In this document: one piece after another, positions 38,171-50,600 of the stretch | Layout of the letters: the number at the start of each line of letters is the position of its first letter | Numbering within the stretch: position 1 is the first letter of the stretch | NCBI GenBank assembly: GCA_964247055.1 | Contig: OZ176057.1 | Coordinates: 2,728,001-2,792,000, forward strand | From: Paragordius varius | Taxonomy: Eukaryota; Animalia; Nematomorpha | Direction: 5' to 3' | DNA: 64,000 nucleotides | Notes under the pieces: model-generated | Databases searched by the model: none | What the model saw: only the letters and a program-made list of their open reading frames with translations | Told to the model about the DNA's origin: nothing | Position numbers and translations under genes: made by a program

Positions 38171-41100
38171 TATGAGATCATAACTATTAAATAATATCTC
38201 GAAATAATCAAAATATATGCATCACAATTTTGTTGAGCCTTTTTTCAGATAGCATCTTCGCAGGCTCCAACTCACTATCATGTTTACTACGGTAAAATAA
38301 TTTTATGTAGAAGAATTTATTTAGCAATATTAATTTAATAACAGCCAAAAGATAGTTTATGGGTAAAAACTACTCTAAAATGTTATCTTCTAAAAATTAA
38401 TGATTATAACATATGATAACATTTTTACAATTTTTTATGTTTATTATCTATCATATGACAAATAATATCCATATCTCCAATTTTCTCTTTTACAAAATTA
38501 TGAAAATATATTAAAATATTTTTTTAATTATTTACCAGTTACACTCACTATTCAAATCTTGATATTCAAATTTTCTACAGTAAACTTATTTATCAAAATA
38601 AAATATTGTTTTTTATTTTTTCATTTTTTTGTCACCAGGTTTAAGTATATAAAAAATTTACTGTTTTAGTTTTCACTTGAGCCGAAATTACAATATAAAT
38701 TAATTAATAGGATTTACAAGTATTGGAATATCAACCAAAAATCCGTACAAATTTTAATAGAAACAATAATTTATCTTTATAACTCCCGCTTATTTCAGGT
38801 CGTTCCAATATAAAACATTAAAATTATTATACACTTATAAAACAAATGACAAAAATTGAAAAAATAAAAACAATATTATATTAATATCTTGATAAATAAG
38901 TTTTTACTGTATAAAATATGAATGTTATTTCAGTAATGAGTTTATCTAGTGAATAATTTAAAATAAATATTTAATTTAGTTTCATAAAATGTTTTTTATC
39001 TTTTACGTTTGTTATAGGAACACGATTTTTGAGCTGAGTTTAAAGAAATCCCTAACTATATGATATTAGGCTATTTATTAATTATATTATAGATTGATAT
39101 CAAACATTAATATCTTAGATTCTAGCTTTACCTTTTTAATCAATTTTATTTTTCACATCTTGCCCAATTTTTATTTTCTCTGAATATTTAAAATATAGGT
39201 CGTCAAAATAAAATTTTTTCGGCAATTATATTCGCTGGTCATAAGCTATCTCATGAAAAAAAAATTTAAGTTATTAAGTTGACCCTCTTTTTTGCACATA
39301 GATATATATTTCATATGCGGACGGAAAAACGTTTATACATAAATATGCGCGCATTCGATTTGGAGACTCTTGCTTTAAAATAAAAATCTACTTTCAGCTG
39401 TACTTTAAGGCATTATTGTACAATATATTGCTTGAATAGTAGAATTGAAATCTCATATAATTCAATACTTATACGATAATTTAGCTTAGCCTTTATCGAT
39501 TACAAACTCTTGAAATATATTTCTGTCTAAAAGGAAATAAATATTACAAATATCGAAATTTAACTCATTGTTTGTTATATGATGTTTTTGCGGTTTATGG
39601 TTTTAAACAATAATTATGGTAATTTTTAGGTATATATTTTATTTTTATTAGCATATATAGAAACACCAATAATTTATATTATTAAGGATACTTTAAATAT
39701 TTAGGAATAGTTTATAATAAATCGCAATATTATCTTTAAGTAGCTTCAATTACATGAAGTGCTTCTTATATGGATTTTATAGTAAATAATATATATATAT
39801 ATATATATATATTATTTTTTTGTATGTGTTTCACCAACATAAATTTTGTCTTATTTCTATAAAATCTAAAAAAATATTTTTTATTCATTTACTAGCTTAA
39901 GGCCTATGTCACGTGTGGCTTTTATTTGGTCCACAAAATAATAATAACCTGCAATAAAAAACGCAGGGTATGTTATCAACAGAGGGCTTTCCCACTTTAA
40001 TGCCGAAATGTTAAATAGGGCTCTTCGTCAAAAAAAACTTTGAAATTCGCTATAATACTCATAAAATTTAGCAAAATTGATTATCGTGAAATAAAAATTG
40101 CGGTTTCCATAATGACAAGGAACTAGAAAATATTGTTATATTGCATTTAAAATCTATAAAATATATAGAAATGTGCATATATATTTGAAATACCCGTCGG
40201 TTTTATTTGAGTTTAATATGCGGCTCGTGAAAGCATTTGTGTAGACATCTCTTATTTAAGTTATACCATAAAATTTCCAAAAACTTGCAATTATTTTATC
40301 CATTTTATAAATTGTAAAGCCCTGCTCATCGGTTTATTTAACATTTACATTTTTTGCCTTTTACTCGAAACAGCAAAAACTCTAAGTCAATTTAAATGTT
40401 CATTACTGTCAAAAATTAGCTTCGAAGTCATGTCATTTAATATGTTGGCCCATTTTACAGAATGGAGTCCCTATTAAGGTGAGTCTATTATTCTGTAAAA
40501 AAACGCCATTATAAAATTTATTACCGTGTATGGTGGAACTACTTAAAATACTTTTTTTTATTTTATATCGCCCAACTTAGGCCAATTTAGCTTCATAAAC
40601 CATATTATTGATCGGGGTATTTAGGTGATGTATATATTAAGCGTTAAACAATATTTTTATTTTTTGCTGGAAAATTTTAAATCATTGAGTTAGAGTCTAG
40701 TAAATTTGGTTAAATTTCTTTTAGTAATTAGGTTTTGCAAAAATTGTAAATTTTTGGGTACGAGAGTATTAAATTTAAAAGGTAGGTTGCTATGTTTGAA
40801 GCATGTATTATATATTTGGTATAAATTTTAATTCACACCATAGTTAGGCAAGGACAGTTAGTGTATGGAAAATATTATCTTTTCAACATTTCGTGGTATT
40901 TTACACTACTGTGTTGCAAATTGCCCAACTATAGTGTGAAATATGGAAACATTAAATTGCATGCTATAATCTCAATTTTGAATAGGGCTCCATGGTTTTC
41001 CGAAATATATAGTCTCTAAGCTAACATTTTACAATTAGTTTAATAAAAATATGAAGTTAATCAGATAGAAAATTATGCTTATAACTAATTCAACAAAAAT

Positions 41101-41555
41101 AAAATATCAATATTTATGCGATTTAAAATACGACCGGTGTTGAAAACTATGTCATATTGATATCAATAAATTAGGATTAAATTAATACACCAACGATTTT
41201 TAATTCTAGATACTCAAGTTTTAAATTAAATATAAAAAATGTTTAGAAAAACTTACTGATAACAAGTGCTTCATGGGTAAAGAAAACGAATTATTGACTC
41301 AAATAAAAATACGATTTAATAAATAGGAGTAAAATTTATTTAAATAAAAGTTTTAAATATTTGGTTTATATAAATTTTATTACTATTCCTTTCACCTTGT
41401 GCCATAAACATGATTTACATATATTCATATATATATAACTTTACGGCAGGTCATAAATCCAATTACAATATTTAACCGTATTTTTTTACAATTTTTTAAT
41501 TTTTTTTATCAAATTATTCTTTTTACTCAAGGGAAAAACCACTTTTTTGAATATA

Positions 41556-41834
41556 CCATTTATACTTCAAATTCACCCTTAAACAATTTAATTTCACCTA
41601 TATTATATTTTTTTAAGGTTAAAAATTACTTATATATTTTTATTTTAAAATATGAAATTCTGGTTGATATTTAAATAATAGTGAAAATAATTAATTATGC
41701 CATATTTCATATTAATGATTATGCTTGATCAAATACACATAACCCATTTTTAGGATGATTTTAAATTGTTTAAAAGTGAAATCAATTGTTTAAGGGTTTT
41801 GAATTGTTTTAAGGTAAATTTGAATTGTAAATGG
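41556..41834. mobile_element. MITE family C
   Basis: tata-ccatttatac ... ttgtaaatgg-tata. Confidence 0.75.
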
Positions 41835-42441
41835 TATATTTAAATCCAAAATTGAGAATTGATTTAAAATTTTATTCAATAAATAAAAATTTATTAGGTA
41901 ATATATAAGAGTAGAGAGGTATAGTTCTAGATGCATATTTCATTTTAACTTAAAAAGTGGACTTTATAAATTGGCCCAGAATGTGTTCCCGAGGTAACCT
42001 TCAGGGGGATTCATCCAAAGACTACTTTGTTTTAGCCGTAACTCTGTGCTAGTTATATGAGCCAATCTGGACACCAACATATTTAAGTGATTTGTTAGGA
42101 AAGAAGATGGCATTTTTCCTAAGTTCGATTGATATTTAACATCATTGGATTTCAGTGTAAGCTCATATATTTGATCAATCAATTGTTTCCAATTGAGTGA
42201 AGCTAAATGTACAATATGATATATGTTTAATAAGTAAGTACTTGTATATATAAGCTTTATGTGTCTTTTATTGAATAAAGGTACAAAATTTGCTATTTTT
42301 TAACTATGCATATAAACCTTTAATTTTTTTTATTATGTATTTTTATCATATAACTAATATTAGCTACTTATTTAACATGTTCAATATGTATATTTATGCT
42401 TTAAGAATTAATAATAATATCCATCCATCCATCCATTCATT

Positions 42442-45400
42442 TTAGGTCCCAGGGTATCTGGGGTTTCCATGCACCAACTTCCTGAACAATGTCCTATCAA
42501 AGACTTGTTCGTGTTCAATATTGAAGTGTGATAGATCTTGGGTCAGCTGTTTGGACCATGTGAGCTTAGGGCGGCCTTTTCTGTTTGGGCCGGGTATATT
42601 TAAATGTTGTATTTTTTGGACCCAGTTATCGGAATTCATACGTTGAATATGTCCGTAATATCGCAATCGATTGCGCTGGATGAATAGAGCTATGGGTTCA
42701 TCTTCTTCTATGGTATTATCAAAATTATTGTTGCAGATTTTGAGCATGTGATTTTCAGCTCTAGTAAGTCTATTTAAGTCTGTTGCTGTAAGGGCCCAGG
42801 TTTCTGTAGCGTATGTCATAGCTGGTCTTATTCCCATTTTGTAAATCTTTATCTTGTGATTTGATTTGATATTTTTATTAGTTAAAATATATTTTAATTG
42901 ATTGAATTTGGCCCATCCTTGTCTGATTCTATGAGAAATGGCATCCCTCAAAGAACCATCAGATGCTATATAATCGCCCAGATATGGAAACGATGTTACC
43001 ACTTCTAGTTTATCTCCATTAAAGTTTAAAGTACGGGAATTCGGTATTGGCAGTGGTATTGATGAAGCACATGGTGTGCAGATGAAATTATTATTATTAA
43101 TTAACTTTCCTTTTATGTTGGAACATTTTTTATGGACCCAATTTCTGCATTTTGTACAACAAAGTGAGTTTAGTTTTACCTCAGTGGTGCACACTGGGCA
43201 TGGGAACTTTATAGTTTTATGTTCATCTCCTGTGATTAGAATTTTAGTTTTGTTTGTATTGATTTTAAGACCGTATTTATGTAATTGTTTTGACCATATA
43301 AGATATTTATTTTCGAGTATTGAAATATCTTCTGCAGTGATTATGAGGTCGTCTGCATAAAGAATTTCATAAGGCAGACCTTCTCTCATATCTTTTGTTA
43401 TGTAATCAATTATAGCTATAAAAAGAAGTGGGCTAAGGACAGATCCCTGATGCAGCCCAGTATTTATACTAAAATACTCTGAATTCCCAACAGGAGTAAG
43501 AACACAACTGATTGAGTTAGTGTAGATTAACATAATTAACTTAATGGTATATTCATCTACGTTGTTGTAGCGCAGTGATTCTATTATTAGTGCTCTAGGT
43601 ACTGAGTCGTAAGCCTTTTCTAAATCGACAAAAAGGTGGAATAGTTTACGACCTTTTGCTCGGTATTTATCTTGTAATTGTCTGAGTAGGAAAATTGGAT
43701 CGATTGTGCTTTTGCCCGCTGAAAAGGCGAATTGCATTGGATTAATTGATATGAGCTGGACGATACGATTTTTGAGGCACATTTCAAAAATTTTTAACCC
43801 ATGTTCAAGAAGTTTTAAGGGCCTGTATGAGGAACAGGTTAGGATATCTCCTTTATTTTTGAAAATGGGAAATATAATGCTTTTTTCCCAGTCTTTGGGT
43901 ATTTTCATTTCAACTATTATTTTGTTAAATAAATTTGTTAGAAGCATGGTTATATTGGGTATTAATTTAATGATATCAAAACATAGTTCACTAGGGCCCG
44001 AAGCCTTGTTTGATTTCATTTGGTCTAAAGCAATCTCAATTTCTTGTATTGTGAATGTATTTAATGGGCCACAACAGGGATCTCGGTCAGAATTTATTAT
44101 GGGTGTTAAAGGGTTGTTTAGATTTTGCTCCATATATTTTTGCCATATGGATTTAATTAATTCTGGTTGTATTTGTAAATTATTATTATTATCTTTTATA
44201 CATTTAATCGTTGGTATATCTTTTTTGTTATTATTGTAAAGTTTCATATGTTTAAAAATTTTATTATTTTGGATTTCCTTTTCCAATTTATCGGCAGTAT
44301 CTTTAGCCTTTTCATTCATTAATTTATTTATTTCCTTTTGAACCTTTTTGTTGTATTTATAATACTCAGATTTGTCGTTTTCTGTTTTCGATTTCTTCCA
44401 TTTTTTATACAAACGCGCCTTTTCTTTAAGTAATGGCTTAATTGCATCGTCCCACCACCATTTCTTTTGGGCTTTGCTCTTTCTTCTACCACACCATTTT
44501 TCTACATTTTCAATCGTATTGCTTCTTAGACTTTGCCAGGAGTCTTCAACGTCAAGATTATCAATGTTTAAGTTAAGCGACTTTTTGAAATTATTCATTA
44601 TATCAGGTTTTTTAAACTTGTGTATATTAAGTTTAGGTTTGGTTCTATGATTGAAAGGCCTTGAGTTAAATTTGAAAATTGATGTTAAAACTTTATGCTG
44701 TGTTTCAGAGTTATAAGTGGTTGTATTTACCAGATATTTTCGAATGTGTTGGCTAGTTAGGATGTAGTCTATTGTTGTATTATTATTGCCAGAAGTGTAT
44801 GTAATCAGTTTATTTTTGCTTTTGGTGAATAAAGTGTTTGCTAACTGTAGTCGCTGAGCTGCACAGAATTCTAAGACATTTTCTCCTTCTTTGTCCCGAT
44901 TATCAAAGTTGTATCCTCCATGTATACCAGAAAAACCTTCGCTGCTTCCAACATGTGCATTTAAATCTCCTCCAATCATTATACAGTCTGTTTCGGGTAT
45001 ATTGGAACATATTTGATAGAGCTGATCCCAAAAATCCAGCTTGCATTTATCGGGCAAGCCTTTTTGGGGTGCATATACGGAAATAACATTGAGGATCAAT
45101 TTGTTGTATATCATTCTAGCTTGAATAATTCTATCACTGTGACGGGTCACGGTAATTAGGTTTTGTCGATGTGTTTCTTTCATCATTATAGCGACGCCAG
45201 ATTGTCCTTTGTTCCCACCTTGGTATAGTAATGAATAACCATCAAAGTGTTTTATACCTGCATTTTTATATCGAGTTTCTTGTAAACAGCATATGTTTAA
45301 ATCTAAGTTTCGCACCGTATCTATTACCAGCCATTGCTTATTAACCATTGTTCCAACATTCCAAGAGCCAATTTTAAATGGTTCCGATATAGATTTGAAG

Positions 45401-45627
45401 TTTTTATTTAGATTGTTGTATCTTATTTTTATTTTTGGTTGTTCATTTGTACCTGGTTTATTTATTATTGTTTTAGAATTATTTTTATTTCTATTATTTA
45501 TGTAATTTGTATTTATAGGTATACTAGCATTATCATAATATATATTATCATTTATATTAAAATTAAAATTTCGTTTTGAAATAGAGGTTTTATTATCATC
45601 AATCATTTTTGTAAGTCGTTTCTTCAT
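42442..45627 (-). CDS. RTE ORF: AP endonuclease, reverse transcriptase and PHD-like Cys/His finger, 1061 aa
   Basis: GSWNVGTM, CCLQETR, GDLNAHVG, TIDYIL (APE); FVDLEKAYDSV, GLHQGSVLSPLLF, LYADD (RT); CPVC...CTKC...WVHKKC...CTPC; YYGHIQR, GRPKLTW. Confidence 0.96.
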   Translation of the reverse strand: MKKRLTKMIDDNKTSISKRNFNFNINDNIYYDNASIPINTNYINNRNKNNSKTIINKPGTNEQPKIKIRYNNLNKNFKSISEPFKIGSWNVGTMVNKQWLVIDTVRNLDLNICCLQETRYKNAGIKHFDGYSLLYQGGNKGQSGVAIMMKETHRQNLITVTRHSDRIIQARMIYNKLILNVISVYAPQKGLPDKCKLDFWDQLYQICSNIPETDCIMIGGDLNAHVGSSEGFSGIHGGYNFDNRDKEGENVLEFCAAQRLQLANTLFTKSKNKLITYTSGNNNTTIDYILTSQHIRKYLVNTTTYNSETQHKVLTSIFKFNSRPFNHRTKPKLNIHKFKKPDIMNNFKKSLNLNIDNLDVEDSWQSLRSNTIENVEKWCGRRKSKAQKKWWWDDAIKPLLKEKARLYKKWKKSKTENDKSEYYKYNKKVQKEINKLMNEKAKDTADKLEKEIQNNKIFKHMKLYNNNKKDIPTIKCIKDNNNNLQIQPELIKSIWQKYMEQNLNNPLTPIINSDRDPCCGPLNTFTIQEIEIALDQMKSNKASGPSELCFDIIKLIPNITMLLTNLFNKIIVEMKIPKDWEKSIIFPIFKNKGDILTCSSYRPLKLLEHGLKIFEMCLKNRIVQLISINPMQFAFSAGKSTIDPIFLLRQLQDKYRAKGRKLFHLFVDLEKAYDSVPRALIIESLRYNNVDEYTIKLIMLIYTNSISCVLTPVGNSEYFSINTGLHQGSVLSPLLFIAIIDYITKDMREGLPYEILYADDLIITAEDISILENKYLIWSKQLHKYGLKINTNKTKILITGDEHKTIKFPCPVCTTEVKLNSLCCTKCRNWVHKKCSNIKGKLINNNNFICTPCASSIPLPIPNSRTLNFNGDKLEVVTSFPYLGDYIASDGSLRDAISHRIRQGWAKFNQLKYILTNKNIKSNHKIKIYKMGIRPAMTYATETWALTATDLNRLTRAENHMLKICNNNFDNTIEEDEPIALFIQRNRLRYYGHIQRMNSDNWVQKIQHLNIPGPNRKGRPKLTWSKQLTQDLSHFNIEHEQVFDRTLFRKLVHGNPRYPGT

Positions 45628-45763
45628 GGTTTTGTAATTTGAGGCAAGGTTTTACGGATTATATGCCCTTATAAACCAACCCCTTTAACTCAGAGGTGAG
45701 GGTACCTTATTCGCTGCACCAGGCTAGAGAATGTCTAAAAAGACTACGATTTTCTCAAATCGA

Positions 45764-45840
45764 CCTCCTCCGTTGGCCTTACACATCGTGTATGTTTCCG
45801 GACATCACCACGTGGAGGTGGAGGTAGGATTTTGATGTCC
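45764..45840 (-). ncRNA. HDV-like self-cleaving ribozyme at the RTE 5' end
   Basis: GGACATC(P1) AAAATCCTA CCTCC(P2) ACC(P3) TCCACGT(L3) GGT(P3') GATGTCC(P1') GG(P1.1) AAACA TACAC GAT GTGTA(P4) AGGCCAAC(J4/2) GGAGG(P2'); all helices pair. Confidence 0.92.
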
Positions 45841-45904
45841 AATTAATAATAATATAAAATTATTTAAATTACATATATACTATATGATATATGTTGGTCT
45901 AGAT

Positions 45905-46975
45905 CAGAGGTGTCCAACACGCGGATATCCAAGATGTATGCGGCCCGCGTAAAATTTATAAAATAACAAATATAACCAAAACTCCATAATTTGCAAAAAT
46001 ATTTACAAAAAATTAATAATTTCAACTTATTAGCTATAAATTCTTACAGACCATGAACTAGCAAAAATTAGTATAATAAATAGTGGTTATATGATTGTTG
46101 CTGTTTAACAATTAGTTTTAATGGTGCACCACCATCGTAAACTATCCACTTTTTTTATAAAATAGTTCTTTTTCTTTAAAAATAATCTGTTTTTGGCAGT
46201 TTGAATTGTTGGAAATCCAAATCAATCTTTTTAGCCCAGGTTAAACGTGGACGCCGGGCTTATTGCTGTTTCCAGGTGGAGTGATGTCAAATGAGGTTCT
46301 GATCGGATTATCAGGATTCATACGGTCAAGGTGACTTTTAAATTGGATAAATTTGTCTATTAACTTCATGTGTAGGTGATTGCGGGCGGATATCTTGGGA
46401 ATTTAGTTGCGTTGATATCAGGCATAATATGTAATTTTCCGCGCTGATGAAACGTTTCTCTTGAGTTTGTGTTAATGCCATGGTTTCTGTGGCACATGTT
46501 AAAACTGTGGTCTTATACCCGTTTTATAAATTAAACCTTTTGTTTTAGCATATAACTTAGCTGATGATATTTTCCCCAGGTACGATTTATTCTGGCATTA
46601 ATTTGCACTATGGTTTGAGGAGTCTGATGTTATTTTGTCACCAAGATAGGTAAGGTAAACTCGTTTACAACTTCAAAGCTTGAGTTATCAAGAGCAATAT
46701 GCTTAATAGCTAGGCACGTTGAATGCTGCAGGCATGAGTCACATTTAAAATATCTGTTCGGATAGTTTGCTGGGAATTTTTGTACATTTTTTGTGACACC
46801 ATCTTTTTCATGCAGAGAGAGAGCAAAAAATTGCTTCGTAATTTTAACAGTTTTTTGCTTAAATTAGATTAAATATTTATGAGTGCTCATATATATATAT
46901 TCAAATATAGCCCCCAACCCGTTATTTTTTCGATTGGAAATACGGCCTCGAAGTCATTTGTGTTGGACACCGCTA
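45905..46975. mobile_element. Family A hAT MITE containing a nested RTE fragment
   Basis: cagaggtgtccaacacgcgg...gcggcccgcg ... gtgttggacaccgcta; degenerate TSD gtctagat/atttaaat. Confidence 0.7.
46110..46830 (-). pseudogene. Decayed RTE 3' fragment
   Basis: FEVVNEF, YLGDKITSD, LIYKTGIRP and RPRLTW across frameshifts. Confidence 0.75.
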
Positions 46976-47219
46976 ATTTAAATGGTATACAAAATAATTC
47001 ATGATTTATTAAAGGGGTAGATAATATTGAAATCATACACTTGTGCAAAAATTTCTTTTCCATTTTAAAAACGAATAATAAGGTTGATTTTTAAAATAAA
47101 TTTCATGTTTAGTTTTTAAAAGTTAGCCAAAAAATGTTCAAAACCTTTCCACAAAATATTCACCATTAATTACATATATAGCATGCATAGCGTGCCACTT
47201 TCATATCAGTAATTTTATA

Positions 47220-47478
47220 CCATTTAAAATTCAATTCACTCTTGAACAATTCAAATTTAGTCTCAAATTCAAATTCACCCTAAAATTAAATTGTTTTTTA
47301 GGATTAGATATTACCTTTATTTTTTCATATATTTAAAAATTGAAATTTCTTTTGTAATTTAAATAATACTGAAAAAAATAATTAAATACTCCATAAAGAT
47401 ATAGTTTACATTCATAATAAGTTATATTAGCCCGAAAATGCTAAATTTATTTTTAGGGTAAATTTGAATTGTAAATGA
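47220..47478. mobile_element. MITE family C
   Basis: tata-ccatttaaaattc ... ttgtaaatga. Confidence 0.7.
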
Positions 47479-47603
47479 TTTATTTTCCAAAGGTTTTTTT
47501 TAAAAATGTTTGTTTGCCCAAGTTTTTTTAAAATTATCATATAAATTAAAAATCAAGTGTTAAAAAAAATTTTTAAGTTATAAAATAGGTTGAAATACCT
47601 AAC

Positions 47604-50600
47604 CTGTACAATGAAAAAGCTTTAAGGCTTGACCCTTGTACCAGTTATGTAGCGTGTGTAATGAAGTGTTTATCGTTTCCAGCAAGATTAAACAAGCATT
47701 ATTAAGGTGATTACATATGAGGGCTTTATTAGTGTAGTTGTGTTGATGACTACCCCCCATAGATTGCATTGAAATTAGTCTAATAACGGAAAACAAAAAA
47801 ATAAGAATATTTTAACTAATTCTCCTTCAAGATTGATTTTTAGCCCATGTATTTTAAGAATGTAATAATTTGGGTAAGATATATATTTTTTTGTCAACTT
47901 ATTTTTTTTCTATTCTATACTTTAGTTGATTGAATCGATAAAATATATAAAAAAAAGTTCAGGCCATTAAAATTGACATTTAACAAGAAAATCATATATG
48001 CCAAAATTAATTTAGATCAGAGAAAACTTAATCTTTATTTTGAAAAAGGAGAGGGGGTTAAAATTAATTAATTAAAAAATATGATGTGTTAAATGATGAA
48101 AGTTACAATATAATTAATATCTTTAAGGATAATATTGTCCTGTAAAAGTTAAATATACCATTACAAATTCACCCTTAAACAATTCAAATTTACCCTAAAA
48201 ATAAATGTTTTATTCGGGGTAATATACATTAATAAGAAGTAATTTATGGCATAAATTATTATTTTCAGTATTATTTTCATTTTAAACGAAATTTTTTATT
48301 TTAAAAATATAAAAAAATATAGGTAATTTTTAATCTTAAAAAACACATGGTTTGAATTGTTCGAGGAAGAATTTGAATAAAAAGGACCAAGTGATAGAAG
48401 TCACGTGTACATGTAACACGTGACTTATGCTTAAATAGGCTTACTCAGTATGAATGAGGTGTATTGTATTAAGGCTTAAAGAGAAAAGAAACCATAGCAG
48501 TTCAGGATTGTACAGTATTGTGTCAACATTTTCTTTGTTCTCTTCTAATGTAACATGTGTAAAATGAAAACGATTAAATATAACCCCGTTAAATTTTAAA
48601 TCTAATAATTACTCAAAAATTGTGCAAATTATTGACAAAAAATGTTTTTTACAAAAGAAAATATAAAAAGCGGTAATTCTACGCTAAAAAACCGAATAGC
48701 ATCGCACATAATCAACCATGATCTATTTAAAAAGTGTTTTTAAACAAAGTGACTTACAGAAAAAGGGTTCGCTAGATATACATATAATAAGTTTAATGTT
48801 TAAATGATATAACTTTATTGCATTGAAGTATTAATATAATAAGTAAGAAAAGATACGGTAATCATCATATAATAAACCCTCTCATAATATAAATATTGCC
48901 TATAACCTAATTATCTCATGCTTATCCTTAAAGGCTGCACAAGTTTATTAATGTCTCTACTAAGTTATATTTATCGGTTTGATGGGGGGGGGGAATGCTG
49001 AAAGAATTATATCCATCCCAAACTGATGCTATTAAATATTATTTGCTAAATTTTAAGCATAAAATTAAAATTAACAACTATATTTTTACCATTAACTATT
49101 TAAATTCGCCCTTCAAAATTTAAATTCATCCTTAAACAAGTCAAATCACCCTAAAAGTAAATTATGTGTTTTCGGGCTATTTTAATTGATTTTTAATATA
49201 AAATATATCTTTTGGCTTAGTTTATTATTATTTCATTAATATTTTAATTTAAAACAAAATTTTATTTTTTAAAAATATAAAATCATACCCAATTTTTAAT
49301 CACAAAAAACACATAATTTATTTTAGGGTGAATTAGAATTGTTCAAGGGTGAATTTAAAGCGTAAATGGTTTATATATACTATTTCTTCCAAAGTTTATG
49401 CGATTCGTTATATGTGTATCAAGTGGTGTATTCAAACACACTAAATAGAGTTGAACAGTTCCCTTGCATTTTCGCGCCAATTCCTCGGTCCAATAAAACA
49501 TGATCGATCCTTCTTGATTCTCATCTTTTGAGTTTATATACAGCTGTTTTCGACTTTCATCTTTTCAAATCAATAGATAAAAAAAGAAAAAAATATCAAA
49601 ATTAAAACATCAAAAGTATATTAGTATTTTAAGTTTATCTCTAAAAGTGCCCAAATTTATGGTTTTACAATGTGATATATAAAATTACTTTGATTAGCGA
49701 TTTCTTTAATTCTCAAATAAAAATTTAATATGTTTAACGATATAACTTATAAAAAAATAAGTATATTATTTATGTCAATTTCCTTGCATCATAGATTAGG
49801 TAGTAATGTTTTACAAGGGGGAGCCAAAGTATTGCGAAAAAAAAAGTCCAAAAAATTATAACTTTATATTATAGCATTTAAGTTTAGTATGGTTCTTGTA
49901 AAATTTACCCTATATATATATCAAAATGAAAGATTCATTTGTTAAATAAATGATATTATATTGGACGGAAAAATATTTATGAGAAAAATGAATTATAAAC
50001 AATTTCATACACCATAGTGCGCATAGTTTTATATTAGTGTCATAAAATTAAATTCCAAAATATCTACAAGACCAAAACTACCCTAAATAAATAATGTGTT
50101 AAATGTTATTTGTTTTGAAAGTAAACAACTAAAAAGTACATTAAAATTTCAAATTATTTTGTTCATAATAAAATATTCCATATATATTTAAACGTTAATT
50201 TTGCATACATCTATTGTTTAAGGAAGGTTGACATATATGGTAAATTTGTAATAGTACATTTTTAAATTGTAAATCATTTATAATTGTATTGTTAAAATTA
50301 TTTGTTTATTTAGTATAAAATATATTTATACTTTATATGTTGTTTGCCCATAAATTATTACTACATATATTAGTTTTAAAAAAAGCAAAAAATACAGTTA
50401 TGTTTTTGTTAAAAAAAATACTTTTATTTTAATTCCGTGAGCATATTTAAATATAAGGCTGGAAAATATAGATTTCCTTTAAGTAACAAGATCACTAATC
50501 ATATTTACAATTTTTCTTTATGATAACCTAATTTAACCCAAAAATTTTAGAAAATCACTAAGCATAGAGCACATACCATCATACAATATGGAATCAAACA

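Larger units (their letters stand above)
42421..45840 (-). mobile_element. Full-length RTE-clade non-LTR retrotransposon
   Basis: Perfect 15-bp TSD aattaataataatat at 42406-42420 and 45841-45855; 3' (ATGG)n tail at 42421-42436; single intact ORF; 5' HDV-like ribozyme. Confidence 0.95.

Noticed and set aside
41964-42182. 72-aa ORF beside the RTE
   Set aside because: No motifs or splice support; at most a decayed LINE scrap outside the TSD.
43076-45505. Plus-strand ORFs of 70-177 aa inside the RTE
   Set aside because: Antisense shadows of the RTE ORF with no independent signals.
11903-46570. Other CTGATGA/CTGACGA matches (11903, 13768, 16102, 34820, 46445, 46562)
   Set aside because: No helix II followed by GAAA and a cleavage triplet, so not hammerheads.
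47000-47210. Final GLE1 exon (INGEYFVER or IIRFKMEKKFLHKC)
   Set aside because: Weak resemblance to the GLE1 C-terminus, but no phase-1 acceptor gives an open frame; left unassigned.
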